DNA of 64,000 bases, taken from Tubiluchus corallicola. Taxonomy: Eukaryota; Animalia; Priapulida. Shown in pieces: positions 13,468 through 27,039 of this stretch. Every line of letters begins with the position of its first letter. The stretch's first letter is position 1. The stretch is taken from positions 62,001 to 126,000 of the forward strand of contig JAQGDQ010000571.1 in assembly GCA_030141605.1 (NCBI GenBank). The letters are read 5' to 3'. Below the pieces are notes generated by a model. That model had not been told where the DNA came from and did not search any database. It saw only the letters and a list, made by a program, of their open reading frames with translations. The position numbers were made by a program, and so were the translations under genes.

Positions 13468-14859
13468 CGATTTGGAACTCTACGTACGTGGTGGTGACCT
13501 GTGTGATATCATGTTTCCGAGTGCATTTTGGGTTATTGGAATCAGTGGTGGCTCATGTATAGTCACTGTGGAACTGCAGCAACTCCTATTTTCAATCAAT
13601 ATTATCGCTGACATTCAATATAATGAGTCTCTTTTTTTTTAATTCTTTCTTTGTATTTGTATATAGTTATAAATCCTTGTATGGGACCAGAGCGCGTGAC
13701 GGACCTGTGTGCTTCACAGTTTCAGTACTGTGCACTTCCAGCAATGTGGTGTTTGGCTAACTGTTGTGTAACTATCTCAGGCATGCACACATGTCTGAGA
13801 TAAGAAGCCGCACTCTAGGTAGAGAAAGTACTGTCGCTCATGCAGTGTCTATCAAGGAGAAGATTATCTTTTCTCACAAAGTAAACCAAGAAGAATGGAT
13901 TTTGTTTTTAAACGAACGGATCAATTTAAACGGAAATTACATGGCATTAAAACAATTTGCTAAAAATTTTCTGAAGCAACACCACCACTAATTTTAGCTA
14001 CGAGCCGCCATTGATTGGAATATCACGATAATACATAAATATTGCAAGAATTATAGCAAAGTGAATTCGTGTGTAGTGGATAAGCATTCCTAGTTTAATG
14101 GAGCCTGGAGTTACATGTATTTCCTATGTGAGCAGAACAGTACATTTAAAATATCTACGTCAAAGTAACGTACAATGTGGAATTTGTTAATCATTTATCT
14201 TCTGTGATACATAACTTGATCCTGGTTGTAAATGGTGAAGTGATACCACGTTGTTCATTACCGTTTGATTTTCAACTCACTTCGTCAAGCTGCATCGCAA
14301 ATGTTACTCAGATGCTTTTATCTTGCCACTTCAGAAATATGAGTTTTCAGGGCCATTGTTTAAATTGTCGTTTTTGTTTTCAAAAAATCATGAAACATCG
14401 TTGTAACACATTGTTCATGACAAGAATAGCGACAGTGAAAAAACGTTTCACAAAACAAGGAAGAAAGGAAAAAGAACGCACATTTCAAACTACCATTATA
14501 GCTCTTCTTCAGGTGAGCAAAAAAAGACAAGCTTGGGAAAAATCCCAATGAATTCTTTTGAATAATATAAATAAAAAACTCAAAAATCAAGGTGATACAC
14601 ACTCAGTCTGACTCAACTTCGGCTATAAGAGACATCGGATATAAGGGACAATTGTTTCCTGTCCTGAGCTGTCCCTTATACCCGCGGTTGACTGTATGTG
14701 TATGCTACTATTATATTTAAAAAAAACAGAAATTGCCATGATACATGGATCTGAAAACAATAAGAAATGCACATTATTAGAAAGCATTGTTTAGCATTAG
14801 TATTTGTTCGTTCACTCATTGTTTTTGAAGATTGTCAGAATATCACTACCATGTTTAGT

Positions 14860-15358
14860 GGTGCGTTTAGACTAGCCAGTTTTCTCTCTGACAGTAAACT
14901 CACAAGTGTGAACTGCAGTGCGAGTTACTGACTCAAAGTTATTGCAAACTCTCCGAGAGTTGCTGAGAGTTCTCTCATGAGTTACTTGCAGACAAGCTCT
15001 ATTCATTGTGAGAATTCACAGAGAAAAGTCTCAAGAGAAAACTATGTAGTGTGAATGTACCATTAGAACATTACTGCCAAGTTTGAACTACACTGCGATT
15101 TACTGATGGCACGTTTTTGCAAATTCGGTTGTTGCAATTGATTTCCTGTCTAGTGTGAACGCCTCAGCAAGTTACTTGCTAGTGTGAATGCCTCAGTAAG
15201 TTACTCTCAGAACTTCTGGCTGTGAATAGAAAAGAAAGTGGCAGCTTATGATTACTGTCGGAGAGTAACTCGTAGTAAGTTTTTCTCTACAAACTGACCA
15301 CACTTGCGAGTTACTTTGCAAGTTTGCTTGGTGAGAAAACTCGCTGGTCTGAACGCTT
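14860..15358. mobile_element. MITE with terminal inverted repeats (PIF/Harbinger-like)
   Basis: gcgtttagactagccagtttttctc at the left versus gagaaaactcgctggtctgaacgc at the right; internal agtgtgaa sub-repeats. Confidence 0.55.
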
Positions 15359-16127
15359 CGTGTGCGTCACTTTTTGCACCAGTCATAATGATTTCTCTTT
15401 TTTTTGAATAGGTATTTTTACTGCCAGTTTTAACTTAAGTGCTTTTTGATGATAATAAGAGAAGAAAAACCTGTCTGTTCGTTTGACAATTACCCTCAGA
15501 TTAGATATTACATCTTTTTTTTACCAATACTGTGTTATTACAGCAAAAACTGTCACTTTAGTAAAGTGAAATCGGAAAAACTAAATGCTCTCTTTTCCAA
15601 ATGATTAAAACAATAGGATATTTTTAATTTTCTTTATGATAATAACGTGACCTTGGGGTTGTAAATGGCCACTTTTACGAGGGTCAGCCGAAAATTCGAA
15701 TTAGGATGTTTAAATGATTGTTATATCATGGAGAAATGTTATTACATATGTACAGAGTTGTAAGCATGAATCATGTATATAATTTACGCACACTGTATTG
15801 TTTATATAATGAGCATTGTGTATATATAGCTTATTTTGTTTATTGTCTATGTAAATAATATATATAAAGAGGTTGTTTATTGTATTGTAGTGCTTTCCTG
15901 TAACAATTCATATTCTATTGTGGTCTTGCGCATACTGTGTTATAATGATTATAGAAATGTAAAGATGTGTTTTTTACTTTTGATTGATTAGTATAAACAA
16001 CGTACAAAAAAGGAAATGATAATCATGATAATTATTATATAATGTTAATACTATTATTTGTAATTATTATTTCAATAAAATGTGTTTTATAAAATAAATA
16101 TAGTATTGTGTGTATGTCTTATGTTTA

Positions 16128-16520
16128 ACAAGTCCAGAGAAGATTAATTATTAAGTTTAACTAATTTAGTCACTGAAGAAACAGCAGTACAATTTACTTT
16201 TCACAAGTCTAGAGAAGACTAATCAAATTAAACTAATTTAGTCACCGAAGAAACAGCAGTACAATTTACTTTTCACAAGTCCAGAGAAGACTAATCAAAT
16301 TAAACTAATTTAGTCACTGAAGAAACAGCAGTACAATATAGTTTTCACAAGTCCAGAGAAGACTAATAAATAAATTATAAACTAATTTAGTCACTGAAGA
16401 AACAGCAGCACAATGTAGTTTTCACAAGTCCAGAGAAGACTAATCAATAAATTAAACTAATTTTGTCACTGAAGAAACAGCAGTACAATTTAGTTTTCAC
16501 AAGTCCAGAGAAGACTAATA
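16128..16520. repeat. Tandem repeat, ~5.3 copies of a 72-77 bp unit
   Basis: Unit acaagtccagagaagactaat...tttagtcactgaagaaacagcagtacaattt...ttttc. Confidence 0.93.
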
Positions 16521-17717
16521 ACTAAATTTGCCAAATGTATTCACTGTAAAAGCTGCAGTAGAACGTAGTTTTGATAAGTCTCGCAAATTTGCCCATTTCA
16601 TGCACCCTCAACTGTCGAAAATGACCTACAATTTTATAGACGAAATTTCTAATATTGCACGTGAAATCAATCAATCAAAACACACAATCGACTTTAACTT
16701 TAATTATCTAAATTAACATTTTTATAGCGACACAAACCTATTTTGGAAGTATTATGACAAACATGCATGAACACGTTATATACATGTACTAAATGTATGG
16801 GTATGTTTTCAAATACGTGCCAAAAATATATATGAACTGTAAGATCACATAAGTTAATATAGTGGAAATACTTACTTATGGTAATTTCTGTACAAATCAT
16901 ATAAATATTATGCTAAGATAAAATACGTGAAGGTCACAGTAAAACTATTCAGTAACTTAAATGCGATCAGCAGCTTGAAGAAGTTTCGACGTTAAATAAT
17001 AGGTGGTGCCACTATTAAGTTACCTGATGATATGGTGTGGGTGGTGTGGTATGGATGTTATGGTGCGGTGGGTGGCATGGTATGGTTGGTGTGGTGTGGT
17101 ATGGTGCCAGTGTTGTCGTGTGGATGATGTGGTGTGGGTAGTATAGTGGGGTGGAATGATGTGCGTAATGTGGTGGTGTTTGTGTAATGTTATGGGTGTG
17201 GTTTGTTTTAGCTGAAGGTGGAGTGGAATGTGTGCACGATGTGGTGTAGAGCTGTGTGTTGTGGTGGTGTTGGTTAGCAGATTAGGTGACTTTATAGTCT
17301 TTTCGCTATCCTTTCTCCAGTTCTAGATATATCTATACATTTTAACCATTCTTCAAAACTTATTAGAGATTCTTTTATTAATCATGTTTTATTGTAGCAT
17401 TATAAAGAGATAAATAAAGTAAAATTGAATTGAATTGAATTGACCATAGGATAGCGAGGACAGCGATGGCAAAACATTTCAGTAAAAATTGATACCATTG
17501 TCTTAGCAAAGTTTAATCTACAACATACTCAGCTGTGCGTGAACAAGAACATATGATAGTTTTACTGCTGGCTTTAAAGCATTTATGTGTCATGTAGATG
17601 GGAGATAATCAAAGGATCACCGGACAAAGGACAACCAGACAAAAGGCCACCAGAAAAAAGATTCGTCTGAAAAGACAAAGGACCAACAAGCAAATGTCTA
17701 CAAAAAGTTGCATGAAA

Positions 17718-18110
17718 TAGATTAGATTAGATTATATTTATTTACTAACTTTTACAGCTACACAGGGTTAGAACTTTACAAAGAGGAAATTAGTCCTACA
17801 AGAATCTTACTCAAATTGGCCGTGTAGCAATTAAAATAACTTAAAATTACTATCCTGGTGAGTGAAAATATTTAATAAAGAGTCCTTGTTAATATCATTA
17901 AAACAGTCTTGTTTATGTTAAATGCTGTTTTCTCATAATGGCATAGCACGTGCTCTTCATCTTGAACTGCACCATTGGCACCTAGCACACAGTCACATAC
18001 ACGCGTATGACTTGGTCTTTGCCTCCATCTTCCAGTTTCTATAAGAAGTCTATGAGCGAATAACCTGCAACGAGTCCAACATTGTGTTTTGTGTTGAGAT
18101 ATTTGTATTA
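17718..18110 (-). mobile_element. 3' remnant of a non-LTR retrotransposon (RTE-X/CR1-like)
   Basis: Minus strand translates RCRLFAHRLLIETGRWRQRPSHTRVCDCVLGANGAVQDEEHVL (ETGRW...CxC...DEEH zinc-knuckle tail), followed by AATAAA and an (aatct)n tail. Confidence 0.75.
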
Positions 18111-18534
18111 GTAATTTGCAGTCTGTACAATTGAATTTTCAGTACCTTTCTACTTACGTGGCCAAAATATTATTTTTATTGTGCGTCGGATAATTTGATG
18201 GTGCTATAGATTCAAGAAATCTAATGTGCCGTACGAATGTTAATGAAAATTAATCACGAATTTGTTTTAGGAACGTTTTTTTAGTATCCCCGACATGCAA
18301 AATTTAAAACTGCTGACTTAAGCACTATAGCAAAAGTCGAAAACCTTAGATTATGTTATGGAAGATCTTCAGTTAAGCAGAAGAATGGATTGCATAAACG
18401 AAACTTGAAAAATCAGAGCTTTGGTAAGCCAAAACAGCAATGCGAGCTTTATTGCCATAGCTGCTAGAGGTCATTCTTACTTGTTTGCAAATCAATAAAA
18501 TTTCTGATCATCATGACAAAATACAATGGGACAT

Positions 18535-19229
18535 AGCGTAACATAACGTGACCTAACATAACCTAACCTAACACAATACAACACTACACGACACAGCAGA
18601 ACTCAACACAACATAACATAACACAACATAACACAACACTACACAACACAACACAACACTACACTACACTACACTACACTACACTACACTACACTACACT
18701 ACACTACACTACACTACACTACACTACACTACACAACATAACACAACACAACACTACACAAAACAACACTACACAACATAACATAACACTACACAACACA
18801 AAACTACATAACATAACATAGCATAACATAACATAACATAACGCAACAAAACGCTACACTATGCTACGCAACACAACACAACACAACACAACACTACACT
18901 ACACTACACTACACTACACTACACTACACTACACTACACTACACTACACTACACTACACTACACTACACTACACTACACTACACTACACAACACTACACT
19001 ACACTACACTACACTACACTACACTACACTACACTACACTACACTACACTACACTACACTACACTACACTAACTACACAACACAACACAACACAACACAA
19101 CATAACATAACAGCACACAACACAAAACATCATAACACAACACAACATAACATAACACTACATGACACTACATAACATAACATAACACAATACTACACAA
19201 CACAACACAACACAACACAACATAACATA
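18535..19229. repeat. Compound pentanucleotide microsatellite (ACACT/ACACA/ACATA)
   Basis: Directly visible; produces the spurious TTLHY ORF. Confidence 0.97.
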
Positions 19230-20157
19230 TTTTACTATCAGCTAAAAAATGAAAAAGTACGTGTAACCAACTTAGAAGAAAGTTTCAGCAAAAGTTAATA
19301 AATATAACGCTAATGTGTCAAGGTCATTAAATGCATCTCTTATGGCGAAGGTTAACAACCAAAAGCCTTATCAATCAACGCTATTTATGTGTTTCGTTTG
19401 CCTTTTATGCTTGCAACTAAAAGCAAATGCAAATAGAAATTAATTAAAACCTTTAGATGGCAAGGTATTAATTAACATGTCTATTTAACTGTTGTAGGTC
19501 ACGCTGTAACACTGCCCAATCAGCGTGTAAGTTATTTCGTACCCCTGCAGAGCTTGATTAACGCAGGAACGATCGGGACATTTAGCTACATCTGCTTCTA
19601 ATACTGTTATGAAAAATGCTCAACTTTTCATTAGTTAGCGGGAGAAATATTAGCCTGGTTCTAGATTTTGTTATTGTCAAGTGAAATTGCAAGTGGATTA
19701 GTGGAAATATATAGTCTAGTTTCGTTATAGGAAGAAATGCACAACGCTTACGTTTATGGGTTGCTGATTAAACCATTTTACAGTCAAGAAAATACGCAGT
19801 TTAGTTTTGTTTTTTTCCGTTGGAAGTTAGAAAAAAAACAACGATTTCATTAACTTTAGATAAGGACAAAACAAAATGTTTTCTTTTCTGGCCAGTTTTT
19901 ATAAACCTCAATGAGATCTTCACAGTCAAAATTAATTCAAATGATTTGTGTGACATCAATTTATTGTTAACCTTCTCGTTACAAATGAATGTCAAACGGC
20001 ATTTTCAAGTGTTTTCTTTCCATTTTATAGTTGCAACTAAAGCAATTGCAAATAGTTATAAATAGAAACGATTGCATAGGTAGGTATTAAATAACACGTA
20101 CCCACGTACGATAGGATTGCAACAAATTCTGTTCATATATGGGAAGAGCTTTTCATC

Positions 20158-20440
20158 ATGATTTTCATCAGACAGAGCAGAAGCTTTGTGATCTTGACTT
20201 GGGTTTGCTTTATCCAGCTGTACTTAATTGTTCCCATAAGTGGAATGTGCTTCTTTTACGGCAACACGTATGAAGACGGAGACAAAATGCCTGATCCGAA
20301 TCCGTGTAATGACTGTTTTTGTGACGTCTTCCTTAAGAAGTGTGAGAAAGTGGTGTGTACAGCACCCTCTATTATTCTTGATGCATGTGAACTGAAGACA
20401 GAGCCAGGGGATTGTTGTCCAACTAGTTATGTCTGTCCAA
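20158..20440 (+). CDS. Secreted mosaic protein, exon 1: signal peptide + VWC (von Willebrand C) domain
   Basis: MIFIRQSRSFVILTWVCFIQLYLIVPISG (basic n-region, hydrophobic core), then CFFYGNTYEDGD...PCNDCFC...CEKVVC...C...PGDCCPTSYVCP; phase-1 donor a|gtaagc. Start codon inferred; an alternative acceptor exists at 20240. Confidence 0.82.
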
Positions 20441-21298
20441 GTAAGCTTGTGTATTATGCACAATTATTGATTAGTAATTATAGGATATTTAAGTCATAAG
20501 TCATTTATTTCACATTACACATTTACAATAGTTTCATGTACAAAATCTAGTGAAAGGGCCTACAATGAAAGTAATACAAATAAGAAATACTCCACAGGAA
20601 AAGCCTCAAACACTGTTCACCTATATACGAATGTAAATGTGTAGCGGGCAATCAAAAAGCAGGGCTTGTTAGATTGTTCCACACAGTGAAAGAAAAAAAA
20701 GTAATGAAAACAAGCTGAAAATTTAAAGTGAATCGTACGATAAAAAACATTAGTGCTTAAAATGGAATGATGTAATGAATGAAGCTCATAATATGAGATG
20801 ATATAAAAGATAGAAAGACTATTATTTGTTAATTCTTTTTCTTTGTTATTTGTTATTTTTTTTTGATGCTTGTAATGCCTACGCTCAAACCAAAGTTGCG
20901 TTTTCATATCTATGTTAGTTTATTCTGCAAAAAATACAAATTTTCTGTAGTCTACAATTACTACCTCTACAAAACTACTGAAATAAGTGCTAGAAAAATA
21001 AGTGCAACAGATTACTGCGTTAGACTATAAAGCTAAAATGTATACATACATTCTTGGTCCAATATTGAGTCGAGAAAAAGCCAGAATGTTAGTAAAAGGT
21101 AGCAGTATAATTACAAGTCAAATGTTAAATGTAACAGTGACGTGTGTACATAACAAGTTCCATCTATACAATGTCAGAGTAGAAAAAAGTAGTCTAGCTT
21201 GTTGAACAACAGTCTAATATATTGTGGCTTCTAATGCATATATTACCTTGGGAAGGGGTAATGGACCAAAACATTTGTACCTGTAACAATGCTATTAT

Positions 21299-21832
21299 AG
21301 GAAGACCGGACGATTGTTTAGACTCAATCTCATTTTATTTTACTGTCCAAAATATACATTTCTTGCCTATAAGGTTAGCAATTGTTTCTTATATTTGAAT
21401 AATTAGCTTAGAAACTTAATTAACAGCAACCAAACACAGCTATTGCTTACGTCAGAAACTAATCCCAGTTTGAAGCAATGACAGGCATCTTACATTGCGC
21501 GTCAAGCACGTTTGCCCAAATGTTACTGTTTAAACGCGTGATGTCACGAAAATTGGTTCTATGTCATATGACGTCAGAACCTAACACTGCAGTCATGGTT
21601 ATCACGGTGCCGCCTTCTATTTTCCCGCCACGTGAATGTGAAAAAAAGGCGCCGTTGCCAATCTTAGTGCATTCGCTGAGCCGCGCGTAACTTTGAAAGT
21701 TTAACAAAATTTGAGTATCCGAGGTAATAATTATTTAATCTAAGCTTTGATTTAAAATAAGCTATTGTAGTTTTTAATATTTTAGAGCATTCTCTATTCT
21801 GAACTATGTTTACACAATTATCCGGTTTTCCT
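21299..21832 (+). mobile_element. TTAA-type non-autonomous DNA transposon, family K2
   Basis: TIR aggaagaccggac...tccggttttcct; homologous to 24971-25331 and, in reverse, ~44370-44917. Confidence 0.7.
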
Positions 21833-21921
21833 TTACGACAGCATCAGACGTTTCAATGATCCAATCTTATTTAGCTCATCTGTTGTTCCAGTATTGCGTT
21901 ATTTATGTATAGATTATAAAT

Positions 21922-22137
21922 AACCACGGCCAAATCACGTTGAAAACACCGGCTCTCGTCTGATCACCGAAGTTAAGCAACGTAAAGCCTGGTTAGTACT
22001 TGAATGGGTGACCGTCTAGGAATACCAGGTACTGTAGGCTTGCGGGATGCCCACGCTGTATCTCGACACTAGGCGGAGGAACTGCACAAGCAGCCAACGG
22101 CTAGAGGGCGGAGGAGGTCGAGTGACCTCCAAATCAG
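21922..22137 (+). mobile_element. 5S-derived SINE, 3'-truncated copy with a full 5S head (21922-22041)
   Basis: cacggccaaatcacgttgaaaacaccgg...gatcaccgaagttaagcaacg...gggtgaccg...gaataccaggtactgtaggctt is 5S rRNA-like, followed by the SINE body instead of a T-run terminator. Confidence 0.88.
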
Positions 22138-24230
22138 CATTGAAGCTATCAGTATCCATAATCACAGTAGTGGCAAAACAGTGGTGTTATCTTAATCAAG
22201 TTATCTTAATTTTACATACTATTAACAAATAATAGTCTTTCTATCTTTTATATCATCTCATATATGAGCTTCATTCATTACATCATACCATTTTAAGCAC
22301 GTTTTTTATTATACGATTCAGTTTAAATTTTCAGATTATTTCCATTACTTTTTTTTCTTTCACTGTGTGGGACACTCTAACAAGCCCTGCTTTTTGATTG
22401 CCTGCAACACATTTACATTTGTATATAGGTTTGAACAGTGTGTGAGGCTTTTCTTGTGCAGAAACAATAAAAGCTTATTTGTATTATGTTCATTGTAGGC
22501 CCTTTCACTAGATACAGTACATGAAACTATTGTTAATGTGTAAAGTGAAATAAATGACTTATGACATTATTGTAAGATCATAGATTAATTTATTTTCATA
22601 ATTACTGTTAACTGATCAAGAATAATGTTTCTGATATTTTAAAAATTTATTTTAAGGTTTGACTTTTTGTGAGATTGGGACGAAACTTGTTACAATATCA
22701 AAACATCAAATATCTCATCTGATCTTTTCACCACACTATGCAAAATTGCACAAAAATTCTGAAGCATTAAGAGGCTTGCTGAGCATCAGAATTCATAATC
22801 TTGATGAAACATTGTAATGCGACGAACATAGAAACAGTTCTGAGAAAGAAAGAAATATAAGAACAGTAAAGGAAAACTGTGTTAAATAATAATAATGATT
22901 TTAGAAGCCTAGTTAGGTGAGGCGTCACGTGACCAGCTGATGTTCGACCGGCTGACTCAGAAGTAAAGATTGATGATGTAATGCGCAGAAGCTCACGGCG
23001 CATTAGGTAGTTAGACAAAAGTGTTTTGAGGCCCGCACCTCGGGGGAGATTAGGAACTGACTTGAAGACGGAGGGCTGGCATTATGATCCTCTTATATTT
23101 ACCGTGTTGTGTTTAATATTTAATAAATGTTTTGTTTACTAAATAAAGTCTTGATAGTTTGCCATGCCCATCGTGGCTACCTCACACGCCACACAATAAA
23201 CAACAATAATCAGCAAGCATCAATCTTCATTAACCACAAGAATAAATAGACTTAAATCAAATTATTTTACTGAACTAGTAAGCTAAAAATTGATTCGTAT
23301 CTGCAAATTTTGGTATAACTAAAATATTAGGAATAGAAATATAAACAATAACTTCTCGTAAACTGTACATTGAAACGGGTCGTTACCACAAATATAAAAA
23401 ATCTTAGAATTCGTCCTAACAACCTAAAAAATTTATAAAAGACGAGAATCAAATACGTCAATTTTGCGTAAAGTCGGAAGTAAACGATGAACTTCATACT
23501 TTGTTTGACGATTTGGGATCGATTTATCTAAAAAATTGAACCAGTTGATACCTATTTTGCTAGATACTAAATTTGTAATGAGTCAGAATGAGATAGATGT
23601 TCTTAAGATTATAATCAAATTTGTATATAATGCAACTGAATTACGTGAAAGTTCCACGCTCGTGCCTCTGATATGAAAATATTGATACGGAGGCACCTGT
23701 GTCGAGTCAGGTGTAGGGCCCTCTACACGCCCTGCTTGCACGTCAGCAGCGACTCACCCCTTTCTTGTAGGTCCAGACGTCTTGTTTGGGCCTACACGTG
23801 GTGTGAGAAGCCAGCTGACCTGGAATGCCAGCATAAAAGCGTGTAGAGGTCACTACAGCCGGGGATTTCTGACACAGGTGCTCCTCGGGTGTAGGGCTGC
23901 TACTGCGTTAGTTAGTTGGTTTTTTTGTGCACGTGTATTTTTGTTACTTATTTTTATTAGTGCTGTTAATAAACTCCGTACAGAGCAGTTTTTGTGTATT
24001 TTGTTTTATGAGAGTTAGATGACACGCTATAACAGGTATAAGGTACTTGTTTACAGACATTAATTTAGCTAATTAACATAACATTTGTAATTAACATTAA
24101 CATTTGTAATATAAGTATCGGTTACAGAACGATTATAAAAATGGCACTTCATGATGCGAAATATCAGGACCGCCATGCCATCTTGGAGTTCGACCCCTGG
24201 GCCGAATTCAGTCCAATATTGTAAATAGAT

Positions 24231-24515
24231 ATTAAAAAAACGAATACTTTTTTAGCATTAACGTATCTGTACTGTAGTAATGGTATTTTTTATAATAATG
24301 TCACTGTATTTTGTTACATTCTAACTTTATAACTTCTTAAAGAGAAACTTTATTGCACAGACCGAAAAAAATTGCATAAAAAAGTGACAATATTACAAAA
24401 CATACCATCACTACAGCACGGATAACAGTGTCTCTAATTATGAAATGTTAATTTAGGTGCATCCAATTGTTCAAAAGACAGATACGTTAGTGCTGAAAAG
24501 TATTCGTTTTTTAAT
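24231..24515. mobile_element. Palindromic MITE
   Basis: attaaaaaaacgaatacttttttagcattaacgtatctgt versus acagatacgttagtgctgaaaagtattcgttttttaat. Confidence 0.6.
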
Positions 24516-24560
24516 AAGTTAGAATGTAACAAAATACAGTGACGCTTAAATGTGTTTCAG

Positions 24561-24689
24561 AAAAAAGATGTAAGATGGATGAATTTGACTGCTTTACTTC
24601 GCGTTCGTCTAAATTCAGTTGTATTCCCTACTACACCGTGTGTGACTGGATTCCAGACTGTGTCAATGAATACGATGAATTTTACTGTG
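24561..24689 (+). CDS. Secreted mosaic protein, exon 2: LDL-receptor class A domain
   Basis: tttcag|...g|gtaagt, phase 1-1; KRCKMDEFDCFTSRSSKFSCIPYYTVCDWIPDCVNEYDEFYC (six Cys, CD..PDC....DE..C). Not in the ORF track in this frame. Confidence 0.88.
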
Positions 24690-24833
24690 GTAAGTGTTAA
24701 ACGAAAGTCGCGCCATTTATCACGTTGGTTAGCTTACTGTTACCACTTAAATTTAGAAATATCTAACAAAGAAATTTTCGAAAACTGTCTTTAAAACATA
24801 ATGTTTATATGTAAACATAATGCTAATACATAA

Positions 24834-24903
<70 letters not shown>

Positions 24904-24911
24904 GTGCGTGC

Positions 24912-24950
<39 letters not shown>

Positions 24951-24970
24951 TGTACTTATAATTAAGTTAA

Positions 24971-25331
24971 AGAAAGACCGGACAATTGTTTAGACTCAAT
25001 CTCATTTTAATTTACTGTCCAAAATATACATTCTATTGCCTAAAAAGTTAACAATTGTTCCTTATAATTGAATAATTAGCTTAGAAAGTTAATTAACGGC
25101 AACCGAACGCATCTATTGCTTACACCAGAAACTAACCACAGCTTGGGCAATGCCAGGCGTCTTCCCTTGCGCGTCAAGCACACTAGCATAGGTAGTACGG
25201 TACTGTTTACACGTATGATGGTACGAAAAATGGGCTCTACATCATATGACGTCAGAAACTAACACTGCAGTTCATGATCATGCTTATCACGATACCGCCT
25301 TCTATTTGTCAGTCAATAGTCCGGTTTTCCT
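24971..25331 (+). mobile_element. TTAA-flanked non-autonomous DNA transposon, family K2 (Kolobok-like)
   Basis: TTAA|AGAAAGACCGGAC...GTCCGGTTTTCCT|TTAA. Confidence 0.78.
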
Positions 25332-25673
25332 TTAAACCTTCTGCATTTAAAGGCGCATTTATGTGTGTATTTTATAATAAAAGATTAAACCTAATCACCA
25401 TAATCTTCATCAGCATTCAGTCGACGAGTTACGCCATCGGCGGAAGAACTGGCACCCAAAATGGGAGCACCCAAGCACGAAATTATCGGGACTATAAAGT
25501 GGTTTAAATAGTTACACGAGCCACTTATCGCATTTCCATTACTAGATCCTTCTAACATTTTTCGTGGACATTGAAATATGCCCAACTTCCCAGAATTCTT
25601 GGTCTTTCCATTAACTTGGAAAGCGTCTTGATTTCCATATTTCAAGAAAAATTATGTTAATGTGCTGCCGTTG

Positions 25674-25945
25674 TATAGGTTTTACATGTCAAATGTAGAC
25701 CTACGTTAACTCAAATGTAGATTTAGGTAGTTCAAATGTGTTAACAATGGTTTTCAACAAATCTTAAGCGTTTTTGGTAAGTCAAATATAGACACATGTC
25801 AAGTCAAATGTCATATGTCTACATTTGACTTACCCAAGTCACATTTGAGTTACTAAAACACATTCGAAGTTCGTACGTCTACATTTGACTTACCTAAGTC
25901 ACATTTGAACTTTCCTGTGTCTACATTTGACGTGTAAAACCTATA
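25674..25945. mobile_element. MITE with TIRs and internal aaatgt(a/g)gac sub-repeats
   Basis: tataggtttttacatgtcaaatgtagac...gtctacatttgacgtgtaaaacctata; inverted copy at 29208-29578 and a fragment at ~62335-62463. Confidence 0.75.
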
Positions 25946-26017
25946 GTGCGAAATACCTGCGTCCATTTTTACTAAAATTTAATTCAGCCGTCAACTTAAA
26001 AGTTTTTTGTTTTTCAG

Positions 26018-26297
26018 TCGATTCTGCAAGACCTATTTTCGAGACAACAACCGTAGCACCCACAACTACAACGCCAACAACAACCGTGACCACCGAAACG
26101 ACAACGACAACACAACCCACAACTACAACGCCAACAACAACCGTGACCACTGAAACGACAACGACAACAACACAACCCACAACTCCACCCACTGGTACTT
26201 GGAGTGAGTGGACAGATGTGGGCAAGTGTTCGGCATGTGGGTTTACTGGACGCATCACCAGAGAAAGAACGTGTAAACCGGAAGGGTCACTGTGTGG
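26018..26297 (+). CDS. Secreted mosaic protein, exon 3: Thr-rich mucin-like stalk + N-terminal part of a TSP1 domain
   Basis: ttttcag| phase 1; two PTTTTPTTTVTTETTTT repeats, then WSEWTDVGKCSACGFTGRITRERTCKPEGSLCG; phase-2 donor gg|gtacgt. Confidence 0.88.
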
Positions 26298-27039
26298 GTA
26301 CGTACAAGCAACGTTAAACATTAGTTAGTTTTTTCTTTGTTTTTCAATCGGCTGCTTTTAATTTTTATTGGAATAAGCCTTTTCACTGTTTCATTTTACC
26401 CACGTGCAGTTGCTGTAGGTCAAAGGTTAAGTGTACCACAGCAGTGCGTCTTAACTACAACCATCGTCACATGTGGGTAAAGCAAAGCCATCTGCCGCTT
26501 CAGTTCAGTACCTTCAGTTGTTTTACGTGGACTATACATAATTATGCATTAGTCTGTGCGTAGAGTGATTTACTAACAGAATCTCGCTCGGGAACAAGAA
26601 AAAATGAGCTAGGTAAGGTTCTAGCTAGCTGTTAAAACTGTTTTCTATTACGGTAGCATTGGCTATTGTCAAGACACTGCCAAGTGTACACAAATGCGTT
26701 GTCTAGTACACTCAACCTTTTAACTTTTCTTTTCACGATCATCATCAATCGCTGGGACTGTGAAAAGGCTTCTTATTTTGTGTGGTACAGGAAAAACTGT
26801 GCGACTGCAGAGAAAAACAGTACAATAATATTAGAAGCAAGTACTCTGCAAAGTTGGAATTTCACACTGTGATACTAAAATACTTTAGCTTTTTGCTGCG
26901 TAAGTTAAAGGTTTATAGTTTCAGTTGTTCTAAAATTATAACTGATAAATTCTGCATGCTAAAATATTAAATGCCTGAACAAAGAGAGCTAATCGACAAT
27001 TGAAAAATAGCTGTCTTGTCGTATTTAAAGCACTCAATA

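Larger units (their letters stand above)
20493..22565. repeat. Pair of ~340-bp inverted repeats (20493-20833 and 22221-22565) in intron 1 of the mosaic gene
   Basis: For example gtcataagtcatttatttcac / gtgaaataaatgacttatgac and aaaagatagaaagactattatttgttaat / attaacaaataatagtctttctatctttt. Confidence 0.85.

Noticed and set aside
18861-19175. TTLHY-repeat ORF
   Set aside because: Translation of an (ACACT)n microsatellite.
21922-22041. Functional 5S rRNA genes (also ~27040-27159 and ~37734-37849)
   Set aside because: Dispersed, mutually divergent, no oligo-T terminator, always followed by the same body, and one has a TSD; these are SINE heads.
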